From Eledone cirrhosa (Eukaryota): 64,000 nt of DNA. Shown piece after piece: positions 25,601 to 38,489 of the stretch (positions within the stretch are counted from its first letter, which is position 1; each line of letters opens with the position of its first letter). Under the pieces are notes generated by a model, which had not been told where the DNA came from, did not search any database, and saw nothing but the letters and a program-made list of their open reading frames with translations. The position numbers were made by a program, and so were the translations under genes. The stretch is taken from NCBI GenBank assembly GCA_964016885.1, contig OZ024742.1, positions 58,094,001-58,158,000 of the forward strand. The letters run 5' to 3'.

Positions 25601-26492
25601 ACTTAATCAACGTTATAACCTGGCCAAACAACTCATTTACGAGATTTCTGCCTTTTACAGAAGCCAGTTAGTAACCGCACCTCAGAAGAACTGCCAACAC
25701 TAGGGCCCCAACAGCAACAAAAACTGCAACAACCAATGACAACAGCACCAACGCAAAAATCTGCAGCAGCAAAACCAACAACTGCAAGGACCACCAAGAC
25801 AACCCAGGGACCCCCAAAGAAGCCCCCCACCTTGAACACACACACATATTGAAACCCACAAACGCCAACTCACATCTGACACAAACACAGCAACCTCTTC
25901 AAGAAGTCGGACATAGGGAAGATAAGTAAAAGAATCCTGGATCGTATCATACCCAAAGTCAAGCACCAAGTGAGGCTCAGCTGATGGAATAGTACTCAGG
26001 AAGTCATCTGCTTCAATAGTATTGCTGACAAGGAGAATACATTTATTCAGTTCAACATCAAGAATTACTATGCCTCATTACTAAACCACTCCTAAAGGCC
26101 ACTATATAATATGCCAAAACATTTACACCCATGAGTGACAAAGAAATACAAATTATTTTCCACGCTAAGAAGACTATTGCTTTTTGATAATTCTACCCAC
26201 CCTTGCAAGCAGAGAAAAGCGGACGTAAAATGATGATGATGATGATGATAAAAAGAGCCCCAGACTCACCGCTGATGTTAGTATGGGATCCTCAGACTCG
26301 GCCGAGGTCACAGACTTAATAGGCTTGTCACCCTCACCGGATACAACCCCAGTAGCACAGATCATGTCTGTAAACACCTTATCAAGTTCTTCCATGAATT
26401 AGGTTTCAGAATTACCTTATAAACGTACCTTATCTGTGCCAACTTCTTGGATGTAACACTAAATTTGGAGAATAAACTGTACTACCCCTACA
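25600..26492 (+). mobile_element. PLE RT fragments, with a SINE/RTE 3'-tail insertion at about 26190-26250
   Basis: KSDIGKISKRILDRI..FIQFNIKNYY..DVSMGSSDSAEVTDLIGL..NFLDVTLNL; homologous to 35594-36505. Confidence 0.85.
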
Positions 26493-29278
26493 CAGTGGTG
26501 GATTAACAATATAAGCAAAGTAAGCACGTGCTTAGGGCATCAACAAATTTTTATATGATAAATTTACAGTTTAAATTATTAAATTAATTAATTTTATATC
26601 AATTTTCAAAATGAAATAAGAAATGAATAAATTCGGTATAAACATAGTTGTTCATTTCAGTTTATTTGTTAAATCTCAGTTTTTCAGACGTTTACCTTTA
26701 GAAATTTTTCTGAAACCCAATGTATTCTGGTTCAATTTTAAAATGGCTACATGCTTGTTGAAATGTTTTTTAAGGTTTATGAATATAGCCACCAGCTGAA
26801 AGTTTTTTGATACTCCCAATCCCAACAAACCAAGGTTTATTTTCTGCTTCTTTTTATTAACAATTCTGTTCATTAGGGTTTTTTAGTTTTTTTACAAATT
26901 TTTTTTTTAACTTGAACCTTTTAATAGTGTAGACTCTATATCAAAAATAATTGTCATTTGTATTCTAGATTATCTGCTATATAATATAACTTTTTTATTT
27001 CTACATAATTTTTTTTATTTTTTATTTTTTATTTTTTATTTTTTATTTTTTATTTTTAATTTTTAATTTTTAATTTTTAATTTTTAATTTTTTATCTGAA
27101 CAAACTTAAGCTTTAATTTTATAACTGTATTTGCTGATTGTTTATTTGGGTTCACACCATCCTTTTTCAAATCTAACCATCAGATCTAATTAACAGAAGT
27201 GGGGCACAAAAACGAAAACTTTCAAACAAGAAACAAGAAAAAGCTTCGGAATTAGATCGCAAGACAGCAAAGCTGACTAATTTTTTCTCACAAGTTCCAC
27301 AACATGATTTACAGATTCCAGGTCAAAACCGATATACGTTATCAGAAGTAGACATGAATACGGCAAATACAACTTTGATTACTTCAGAATCAAAATATGA
27401 TGACATTAGAAGTACCGAGATGTCGCAAGCATGTTCATCCAGCACATGTCTCACAACTGATCTTACTTTGCCTGTGAATTCTCTTTATTCGGAAACCTCT
27501 ACTACAAATGATAGGGGTCAAATAATTGCTGAAAATAGAAGTTTAGAGCACTGTGACAATGGCGGTGAAATTAATTTGCCTGTAAAAAATGAAGAAAATT
27601 ACAATTTAGCGAACGATCCAGGAATGTGGCTTGATTTCTCTGCTAATGATATAGCTTATTGGATTACTTGTGAACCCAGTATTTGTCAACACCACAACGG
27701 GCCATTTGAAAAGTCTTGCCTTCATTTTAGTAGTGGCAAACCAGTAAGGTATTGCTCACAGAAACTTTTTATTGGGACAAAAGCCAATGGTGAAAAATAC
27801 AAGAGAGAGTGGTTACTCTATTCACCATCAAGAGGATCAGTTTATTGTTTTGTTTGTAAACTGTTTGCTCGTGAAAAAAATTCAATTTTTGTTTCAAGAG
27901 AAGGGTTCAGTGATTGGCGCAATACTATTGTAATTGAAAAGCATGAGAAAAGCATTATTCACTGAGACTCTTTGCTGGCATATTTAACTCGCAGGCAAGG
28001 TGCGGGGTTAAAGTCAGATTTGGAGAAACAAATTCATGAAGAGTGCAATTACTGGGAACACGTTTTGAGGCGTGTCGTAGCTGTTATTTGTACGTTAGCT
28101 GAACATGGCTTGCCTTTTCGAGGAAGTGAAGAGAAGTTTGCAATGTTGCAAAATGGGAATTTTTTAGGGCTGCTTGAACTCAAGCCAGTTTGATCCATTT
28201 TTAGCAGGCCACATTTCTAAATATGGAAATTCTGGAAAAGGAAATCCTTCTTACATATCAAAAATCACTATCGAGGAAATTATTCAACTAATGGCACAAA
28301 AGGTCCGCGAGTTCATTATTAACGAAGTTAAATCTTCTGGTTATTTTAGTTTGTCCGTTGATTCGACACCAAATTGATCACATAGCGATCAATTGAGTGT
28401 TGTACTTAGGTATTTACAAGATGGACAGCCTATTGAACGATTTTTAACCTTCATCATAATAGAAAACCACACTGGCGAGAATATGGCGAACCAGGTGCTG
28501 CTGCATTTATGTGAAGCTTGTGGGTTAAATGTTTCAAAATGTAGGAGTCAAACTTATGACAATGCTGCTAACATGTCTGGGCGTTATAAGGAGATGCAGC
28601 AAAACATTTTAGAAACAAACAAGTTTGCTATATATGTGCCCTGTGCAGCTCATTCATTAAATCTTGTTGGCCGGAGTGCTGTTGACTGCTGTCAAGAGGC
28701 TGTTAATTTTTTCTCTACAGTTGGAAAATTCTCAAAGATTGTATTAAGAATGAATGTGTTTTGAAATCCCTCTCTGATACAAGATGGGAAGCACATGCTA
28801 TGGCAATAGCAGCAATCTTGAAATCGTTCCCTGAGATTTCCGAGGCATTAGAATATATAGCCGAAGATCAATCAGAAAAGGGAGACGCTAGAAGAGAGGC
28901 AAATAATATTGTTGATAAGATGCAAGAGCTAGAATTCGTTTTTATGTTGATTTTTTGGAATGAGATTTTGCAGAATTTTCACAGAGTAAGCAAAGTTCTA
29001 CAAAATGAGGATGTGAACTTAAAAACATGTGCAGATCTCTATGTTTCATTAGCTGACCAACTGAACACCTCACGAGATGATATGACCAACTGAACACCTC
29101 ACGAGATGATATGAAAAAGAGGCCAAGGAAATTCTTCCAGATGTTGATTACAGGACAACTGCAACTCGCAAACGTATTAGAAAAAAAAGTACCCAATAAT
29201 ACTGCAGAAGTTTATTTAGATGATACTGCAGAAGTTTATTTAGATGCCAGAGATAAGTTTCGTATCACCACATTTCTA
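26493..29278 (+). mobile_element. hAT DNA transposon (DUF4371/ZMYM1-like transposase), left end, decayed and 3'-truncated
   Basis: Begins CAGTGGTGGATTAAC; WLLYSPSRGSVYCFVCKLF zinc finger, GNFLGLLEL, FSLSVDSTP, QTYDNAANMSG, CAAHSLNLV, SDTRW. Confidence 0.9.
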
Positions 29279-29279
29279 A

Positions 29280-32200
29280 CTGCAGTTGCACGTGCAGCGT
29301 AAACTGATGAACAATATTCTCGACAACAAAGCAAAAATGCTGCCTCCACTGCTGTGACACGTGCTGGTGAGGACGAAGGGGAGCGTTCCAGACGCCGATT
29401 CAATCGCTTCTGTGCGTGTCAGAGACTGCGCAAATTCGATTATACAGACTAAACGCCAATGCACTCCGCAGGAGTGCTCAACAAGGCACTCCGAGGATCA
29501 GTTGTACTCAGTGGTCTCATAAGGCTTTCCACTATGACCCTACAGTGAATTATGCACTGCTGCCAGAAATTCAGATTGGATCCATGTCCGTCATTTGCCA
29601 ATCTTGCCGGGCAAAAAAAATGGCCTGGGGAATCTTCAGGGATGTGCTGCTCTGACGGCAAAGTGAATTTTCCTCCTCTACAGGAACCACCACAACCTTT
29701 GAAGTCTCTACTGACCGGTGCCACAGTGGAGTCGGAACACTTCCTTCAATGTTCCAGGAGATACAATGCTGCCTTCCAAATGACCTCTTTCGGAGCTAAC
29801 ATCATACGGGAGGGCGGCTTCATGCCTACCTTTAAAGTTCAAGGACAAATTTACCACAGGATCGGTTCACTCCTGCCTAGGACAGACGGAGAGCCCCAGT
29901 TCCTACAGCTATACTTTGTCACTGACTATTTGGACCAAGCGGAACAACGTGCTTTAATTTCACCTGGCACAGAGATGAAAATTCTGTTGGAACTTCAGAG
30001 AATACTGCACAAAGACAACAACTACACTCGCAGTTTTAAATACGCATTGGAGGCCGCTCCGGTGCCAAATTTTGCTGTTATAATCGACACTGACTGGAAA
30101 CCACCAGGCACCCACGACGGCCGTTTTAACGCTCCCACATGCAATGAAATAGCTGTGCTTCTTCATGGAGAACAGTACAACAAGCGGGACATCATACTTC
30201 AGTGTAGGGACAACACTCTGCAAAGAATCAGCGAGACGCATAGGTCCTACGACGCATTCCAATACCCCCTTCTTTTCCCATTCGGTGACGACGGATACCA
30301 CTTTGGAATTCCTTTGTGCAATAGCAACAAAACTGTTTCCTGTAGGCAATTCTACGCCTACCGATTCATGGTCTGCGAAGGCAGCTTTAACCACCTCCAA
30401 CGTGCAAGAGTACTCTTCAACCAATTTGCTGTAGACGCGTGCGCAAAGATGGAATCTGAAAGGCTGTGCTACATAAGGAACAATCAAGCACGCCTTCGTT
30501 CGGACAGCTACATTCACTTACGGGATGGAGTAAGGAATGACGTCGATCCCGAGAACCTAGGAAAACATTGTATCCTTCCGTCGACGTTTATTGGGAGGCC
30601 CCGATACATGAGTGAACGCACACAGGATGTTATGACTTATGTGCGTCTCTACGGCAGACCGGATCTCTTCATCACTTTAACTTGCAACCCTAAGTGGACT
30701 GAAATTACCGTGGAATTATTCCCCGGACAAAGGGCGTCAGACAGACACGATCTTACGGCACGAGTCTTCCACTTGAAATTGACAAAACTTATTTAACTCA
30801 TACAATCAGGTAAGGCCTTTCGACCTGTTAGGTGCTACGTATACACCGTTGAGTGGCAAAAGAGAGGCCTGTCACACACCCACCTACTCATTTGGCTATT
30901 AACGAAAATCAATGCAACCAGCATTGACAGCATTATTTCAGCAGAAATACCCGACCCGAAATTGGACAGAGAACTCCACAACATCATCACTGCTCACATG
31001 GTTCATGGGCCATGCGGAAACGGCTTCAGCATGAATTCGCCATGCATTAAAGAAAGAAGGTGCACCAAGAGGTATCCAAGGCCATTCCTCCGAGAAACTC
31101 AGACAGGTGGCGACGGCTCCCCATTATACCGCCGCAGGGAGCCAGCGGACGGAGGAATTGTTGCGAAAACCACACATCACCACGTCGACAACCGGTGGAT
31201 TGTACCCTACTGCCCACTTCTGCTTAAAATGTTTAACGCTTACATTAACGTTGAATACTGCCACTCCGTCAAATCAATAAAGTACATCAATAAGGGGTCC
31301 GATGCTGCGTCCTTCGGTCTTACAATGGAGAACAGCCGAGACAAAATCACTCGATACCAGGTCAGCCGATACATCAGCAGTAATGAACCGTTCTGGCGAT
31401 TCTTCCACTTTGCAATACACCATAACTTCCCCCCAATCAAACAGTAAGCGGTGCACCTTGAAAACGGTCAAAGAGTCTACTTCACCACATCCACCGCTGC
31501 TGAGATAGCAGAGGAACCCAAGATCACCACACTTACGGTATTTTTTAAGTTATGCCGAAACGATTCCTTCGCCAAGACCCTCTTCTACTCTCAGGTGCCA
31601 TCATACTACACTTGGAACACAGACAACAGAATTTGGTTAAGAAGGATGAAAGGACAACCCCTCGAAGGACATCCAGACATTAAAATCTCCCCTACCCTTG
31701 GGAGAGTCTACACAATTCATCCTAACCAACAGGAATGCTTTTATCTCCGCCTTCTACTGCATGAGGTGGTAGGAACGACATCTTTCGACAATCTGAAAAT
31801 AATCAACGGAGAGGTTTGTACTTCATTCCGTGCAGCCTGCCTTGCCTTAGACTGGAAGATGGCGCTCAGTGGGATGCAACATTGGTGGAGGCAGCTACAA
31901 TACGCTCAGCGCGAAGTCTTCGGCAACTCTTTGCGGTGCTACTGTAGACATGCGAGTTAAGCGATCCTGTATCCTTATGGGAGAAATACAAAGAGGACCT
32001 TTCCGATGACTACATACACCAAGGACAACTGCTACTCCCTCATTCCGACGTGCGACGAATTCTTCAACAAAGCTCTCATAGACATCGAGGACAAAATCCT
32101 AATTGCCAACGGAAATGACCTTCCATTCTATGGACTGTCAAAAGTTCAGCGAACGGGATTGGACAAACTTCCGACGGGTATAATTCATCAAACTGCCTAC

Positions 32201-33586
32201 GACGTCGATGCACTAGAACTGTTCATCAACGAAAACGAGCAGAAATTGTTACAGGACCAATGGCGGGCGTATGACACAGTTTGCACTTCCATTCGTCAAT
32301 GCACAGGAGGTATCTTCTTTTTGGACGCCCCAGGAGGAACTGGTAAAACATTTGTCACTAAAATCCTCCTCGCCAAAGTGCGACAGCAAAAAGGAATCGC
32401 CCTGGCTGTGGCTTCTTCTGGGATTGCCGCAACTCTGCTGCCCAGAGGTAGGACAGCTCATTCCACATTTAAACTGCCATTCAACGCGACTTCAGACGAC
32501 ACAATAACCTGCAATATCACCAAGGACTCTGACAAAGCAGAAGTCTTGAAAAGATGCCAGCTAATTGTGTGGGATGAATGCACAATGGCCCATAAAGGGT
32601 CTTTTGAGGTGTTAGACAGGACCCTACGAGACATCAGGGAATGCAACCGGCCGATGGGAGGAGTACCTCTACTGCTGTCTGGCGATTTTCGACAAACTCT
32701 TCCAGTTGTTCCAAAAGCCACCAGGGCCGACACTGTGGGAGCTTGCATTAAGTCATCTCCCTTGTGGCAGGAGGTGATAATTCTGACCCTCACAACAAAC
32801 ATGAGAGCCCAACTGTTCGGCGACCACTTATCAGCCGACTTCTCGAAGGACCTCTTAACAGTTGGTGACAGCACTGCACCTTCAGATGCAGCTGGAGAAG
32901 TGGCAGTCTCGCAAGTAGGCACCGTTGTCGAAACTGTTGACGACCTCGCAGCCTCTGTCTTTCCCAATATGGCCATCAACTACAAAAACACGAGTTAGCT
33001 GTGCGATAGAGCCATATTAGCTCCCAAAAATGTCTCTGTTGCAAAAATCAATGAGGACCTTCTGCAACGCATTCCTGGTAACCTCCATACCTACAAATTT
33101 GTGGACACAGTTGTGGACACAGTTGTGGACAAAGATGACGTTGACGATTTTTCCACAGAATTCCGCAATTCCTTGGACCTCTCCGGACTGCGCCTGAAAG
33201 TTGGGGCTCCAGTGATGCTGTTGAGGAACCTGGAACCACTGTGTCTCTGCAATGGAACACGGTTAGTGGTAAGAAACCTCCTGCCGCATGTAATTGAAGC
33301 CACAATTCTCACGGGATGCGGTGCTGGAGAAAACGTATTTATACCCAGAATACCATTAACTCCATCAGGTAAGGAATGCCCCTGTACTCTGCGCCGACTT
33401 CAATTCCCCATTAAACTTTGCTTCACGATGTCAATCAACAAGTCCCAAGGCCTCCATTTAGGCCAGCCGTGCTTCTCACACAGCCAATTATACGTCACAT
33501 GCTCAAGAGTCGGATGCAAGCAGAACTTATTCATACTTGCGCCCAAAGGCAGAACAAAAAGTGTGGTCTACAGAGAGGTGTTGTGA
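29280..33586 (+). mobile_element. Helitron RepHel pseudogene (HUH Rep plus PIF1-family helicase)
   Basis: Rep motifs PDLFITLTCNPKW, VEWQKRGLSHTH, KYINK; helicase motifs DAPGGTGKT, IVWDE, GDFRQ, QFPIKLCFTMSINKSQG, QLYVTCSRV; several stops and frameshifts. Confidence 0.95.
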
Positions 33587-33589
33587 CTC

Positions 33590-35385
33590 CTATTCAGCAC
33601 CACTACAGTCTTGCCGGTCTGACATATGGTGAGGTGTGCGGTGGCCGGAGGCTGGGGAGGGCTCGACTGGAAGAGTGTTTGACCGGAAGGGTGCTTGGCC
33701 GGAAGGGTGCTCGACCGGAAGGACCAGCAGGTCTTCCTCTCTCTAGGGTGGTCAGCGAATGTGGTGGACGTCATTCTTGGAGCTCCCGGTTAACGAGCAA
33801 GGTGAGGCCGGTACTGGACTTTCGGGAGCTGAACAAGCACGTGTCATGCCACACGAGGTCATGGATGTCTGTGGGGAAACCCTGCGTGAGTGGAGATGCA
33901 TGACGGGGGCTTCCGCAATCGTCGATCTAAAGTCGGCATACTTACAATTACACATAGATGAGAAGTTCTGGCAGTATCAGCTGGTCAGGTATAAGGACCG
34001 GACATATTGCCTGACCAGGCTCGGTTTCGGGCTGAGCTCTGCACCGAAGATCATGGCAGCGGTCCTCAAGACCATTCTGGGAAAGGCCGACAAGATGAAG
34101 AGGGTCACTAATTCCTACATTGACGACATCCTAGTAGACGAGTCTGTAGTGTCGGCGGCGGAGGTCACAAGCCATTTACAGGGGTATGGACTGGCTGTGA
34201 AGCCGTCAGAAGCGTTGGAGGGAGGAGCCGCGCTGGGACTTAGGCTACGGCGAGACAGGACGGGCGTGTTAGCATTCCAGAGGGGAAATGAAGTTCCAGA
34301 ACTGGGCCCAAGTATGAGTAGGCGGGAGCTTTTCTCGGCGTGTGGAAAGTTGGTGGGTCTCTACTCGATTGCTGGGTGGCTCCGGACGGCATGCAGCTAT
34401 GTCAGTGACAGAGTGGGAGAGAGGACGGTGGCCATGATGCAGGAGATTGTGGAGAGCGTGAAGGCTGGTATGTTCCCAAATCACAGAACGGGACCGTATG
34501 GTGCGATGCCAGCAGCATAGTGCTGGGTGTCACGTTGGAGATACGAGGTGTTGAGGTCGAGGTGCAGCCTGGCTTAGGAAGAAGGACGATTGCAACCACA
34601 TCAATGTGGCTGAACTGGACGCGGTGTTGAGAGGGGTGAACCTCGCCCTGAGGTGGGGACTGCGCACCATCGAGATACGCACCGACACGGCTACTGTACT
34701 CGGATGGGTGAGATCAGTGGTCACCAGTGAGAAGAGAGTGCGAACGAGAGGGGCGGCGGATGCTGATAAAGCCCCGCCTGGGAACTTTAGGAGAGCTGGC
34801 CACCGAGTTCGACCTGAGGCTGAGCGTAGTTTTCGTGCCCTCAGAGAAATATAGGGCGGACGTTTTAACCAGAACCAGGGTGAAGAAAGCCTGGATGCAA
34901 GTGCCTGAGGAGGTAGAAGAGGAGATAGCTGCTGTGTGTCGGCTGACTGAGTCGGATCTGAAACGGTTGCATGACATGCACCACATGGGAGTGGATAGGA
35001 CTCTGTTCCTAGCCAGGAGAATCAACTCGGACGTTAACAGCCACAGTGTTCTAAGAGTGGTTCGAGGCTGCGTCCGATGTCAATCCATTGATCCCGCCCA
35101 CGGTGTGCACGAAACGGGAAGCCTCCCGGTGGATCGCGACTGGAAGCGATTGACGGTGGATGTAACACACTACCGACAGAGAACGTACCTATCAATGGTC
35201 GACTGTGGACCGGGACGTATGGCGATATGGAGGGAGATGAAGACTGGAACAGCCGAGGAAATCACGCGGACGTTGAGAGAGGTGTTCTTGGAACGGGGCC
35301 CTGTGGACGAACTGCTGATGGACAACAGCACAGCGTTCCGCTCGGAGGCGCTGAGGGAGATGCTCGATGGATGGAAGGTGGACCG
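33590..35385 (+). mobile_element. Gypsy-like LTR retrotransposon pol fragment (RT, RNase H, integrase)
   Basis: KVRPVLDFRELN, DLKSAYLQ, RLGFGL, YIDD, INVAELDAV, HHCC zinc finger (H..HHMG..CVRC), VDVTHY, MVDCGP, LMDNSTAF; GC-rich. Confidence 0.85.
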
Positions 35386-36510
35386 TTTTTATACCATTCA
35401 ATTACTTCGTTTGTATCCTTCCACAAGCTCAATTTAGACCTGAATTTCAAAATTAATTGCAAAGTCAGGAATTGAAGGAAGAACCGAGCCTCTTATACCT
35501 AGACAGCCGCGGAAAAATTTTAAAGATCACAAAAGAAATTTTGATCGGATATTGGAGTAATCAGTAAAAATATTAGATAGAATTCTACCTATTTTGAAAT
35601 TGAGGTCTAAATTGAGCTTGTGGAAGGATACAAACGAAGTGATTGAATGGTATAAAAATATAGATGATAAGAAAAACCGTAAATTTATCCAGATGGACAT
35701 AACAAGCTATTACTCTTCCATTACGCCTAACCTACTAAATAAGGCTTTATCATACGCTTACAAACATACTGATCTAACTACGGATGAAATTGATATCATA
35801 TTAACTGCTAGAAGAACTCTAATTTACTTCAACAATAAGTATTGGACCCGCTCAGATAGAAATAGAAACGTCGACATTACCATGGGATCATCTGATTCAG
35901 CGCAAGTCACGGACCTGCTGGGGATTTTCATCTTAAATATGATAAATAGAAAACTGCCGGAGATTACCGGTGGTTTATATAGGGACGATATTTTATTTAC
36001 AGTTGTTAAACACAACAATATAGAACTACATAGGGTAAAGAAAAATATAGTTGAATTCTTTAAAAATGACGACCTTAAACTAGAGGTAGAAAGTGGTACC
36101 AAAATAGTTAATTTCCTTGATGTTACCCTTAACTTAAACTCTGGCTTTTATTACCCTTTCTATAAGCCCAATGAAAACTTAAATTACGTTAGTTATTACT
36201 CTAATCACCCTAAATCTGTGAAAAAAGCAATTGTAAATAGTGTACAAAAACGCATAAATAGAATATCTGCCAATAACTCAATATTTGATGAAAACGCAGG
36301 ATATTATAATGATGCGCTAAAAAAGGCAGGTTATAAAAATAATATAGAATATATAGGCAATAATAATCCGAGTGTTAATCCTGATAAAAATAATGGCATA
36401 TATAAACGAAATTCTATAAATTCTAATAATTGTAATTCAAACACCTGTACTGTGAATAAATTGGGGAAAAGAACCAGAACTAAATCAGTTATATGGTATA
36501 TCTAGGTATA
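35386..36510 (+). mobile_element. PLE reverse transcriptase fragment with a short 5' inversion
   Basis: ORF 35594-36505: FIQMDITSYY, MGSSDSAQV, YRDD, NFLDVTLNL, SNHPKS; 35386-35453 is the reverse complement of about 35591-35657. Confidence 0.9.
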
Positions 36511-36723
36511 AATATAACAAACCATAATAGCCGACAAATATTGGTCTATCTCTCCACTGAACTGGAGGTAAAACTACAATTATAACATTACTAATAATGA
36601 TTATAATTATTATTTTTATTAAATGTATACCGTTTCATTAATACCTATAATAATATATCTATATAGTTGTACAAATATCTTTATCTAGTGTAATAACATA
36701 ATCGTAGTTACATTTATAAATAA

Positions 36724-37203
36724 TTTAGACACTCATATGACTTTATATTGTTATAAGTGTTTGATATTCCCTGGTAGGTAGAACTTATATAATCATTTAC
36801 TTAATATAATATAATTTAATTTAACTTACTTTATTTTATTTTATTTTATTTTAATTAAATTTAGATTACCTTCGGCTTTTTCAAATATTTAGCTCCTCTT
36901 TATATCACATTCGCTAAAATATTTTAGATATATCTTTTCTATACTACATTAAAACCCTATTGCATTTATAGACACTCAAATGACTTTATATTGTTATAAG
37001 TGTTTGATATTCCCTGGAAGGTAGAACTTATATAATCATTTACTTAATATAATATAATTTAATTTAACTTATTTTATTTTATTTTAATTAAATTTAGATT
37101 ACCTTCGGCTTTTTCAAATATTCAGCTCCTCTTTATATCACATTCGCTAAAATATTTTAGATATATCTTTTCTATACTATATTAAAACCCTATTACATTT
37201 ATA
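36724..37203. repeat. Tandem duplication of a ~240-bp AT-rich segment
   Basis: TAGACACTCA.ATGACTTTATATTG...AAAACCCTATT.CATTTATA twice, near-identical. Confidence 0.9.
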
Positions 37204-38169
37204 ATATATTATTAATATTGGGCACCTTTAAGTGTCACAAACAATTCATTTTCGTTTATTTGTATATTTATTTTGTATCTAGCCCCCATCATTAGGACTC
37301 ATATAGTTTTGACTTATATCTTTATAGTGTATATCAACTAAATGAAAATAATTGATATAAAACATTAATTCTTTAACAACATTTTTAACTATATATATTT
37401 TTGAACAATATTTTCAGTAACTTATTTACTATATTGCATTATTGCATTATTATATTATATTATATTATATATATTTGAAAGGTATCACCTCACTATTGCA
37501 TTATTATATTATATTATATATATTTGAAAGGTATCACCTCAATTATAAAACAAATAATAAACTATAATCTTTCTATTTTTTTATCAATCTTAATTCCTTA
37601 ATTCTATCGTATTTTCAAAAACAAAAACAAAATCCTTTCCTTCTTCTTCTTCTTATAAATTCTTTTAAATATATTATGCTACTTCGAAAACTCTAAACTC
37701 CCGCTCCTACTATCTTCGCCTCCCTCCCTCTACTTTATGAGGGTTTCGCGGTCAGCCACCCCAATACCTACATCATGCGGCCAAACCTATCCCCCCACCA
37801 TCTTTCTCTCTCTCTCTCTCCCCCTCTCTCTCTTAGCTATATATATATAAGATAAACCCTTCAAGTAAATCACATTCGCCAAATTCATCGCTGCTTCTTC
37901 ACGGTATATCATGTAACGTAATGTACACATTTTTCTACCATCTCCACACTCCATTTTGTACCCAGTCCAAACCTCCAATCTTGCCAAATCCTAAATGGAG
38001 TTGTCGTATTCCTAAAACAAATCTGTATTTTTTGTTATTACTTGTTAAATACGAGGGTTTTTGTCGTATTGAACAGAACAAATCTTGTATTTTTGTTATC
38101 GCTTGTTAAATACGAGGACCTCATTCAATCCTTACCTTCTAGCTATCTACCCAACACCCCTCCCTCCCG

Positions 38170-38266
38170 TCCCCACGCACCACCATTGTTATTACGTGGA
38201 CCAATCATAAGCCAGAGCCCCCACGCACCACCATTATTATTACGTGGACCAATCATAAGCCAGAGG
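38170..38266. promoter_or_regulatory. Duplicated ~48-bp unit containing a CCAAT box, upstream of the RTE ORF
   Basis: CCCCACGCACCACCATT.TTATTACGTGGACCAATCATAAGCCAGAG twice; GACCAATCA fits the NF-Y consensus; function inferred only. Confidence 0.35.
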
Positions 38267-38489
38267 CCTATACTACCGCTTGCCTGGTTGCCTTTCGATA
38301 TATGATGGATGGATGGACTACGGAATCCTGGAGAGTGGAAGAGAGAGAAAAATCTGGACGCTCAGCGACAATGCCAAAGATAAAGACAAATTCACCTCGT
38401 GGACGAGAATGCGAGCACTCCTCTTTGTTTCGGCTGCGGATGGCTAACATAACCCCATCTCCCCCCGCTCCCACCCTCCAAACGCAATC

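Noticed and set aside
27354-29093. Host ZMYM1-like gene
   Set aside because: Intronless, many stops and frameshifts, preceded by a hAT-like terminus; a decayed transposase
32006-33586. Host PIF1 helicase gene
   Set aside because: Follows HUH Rep motifs in the same disrupted reading path; it is a Helitron
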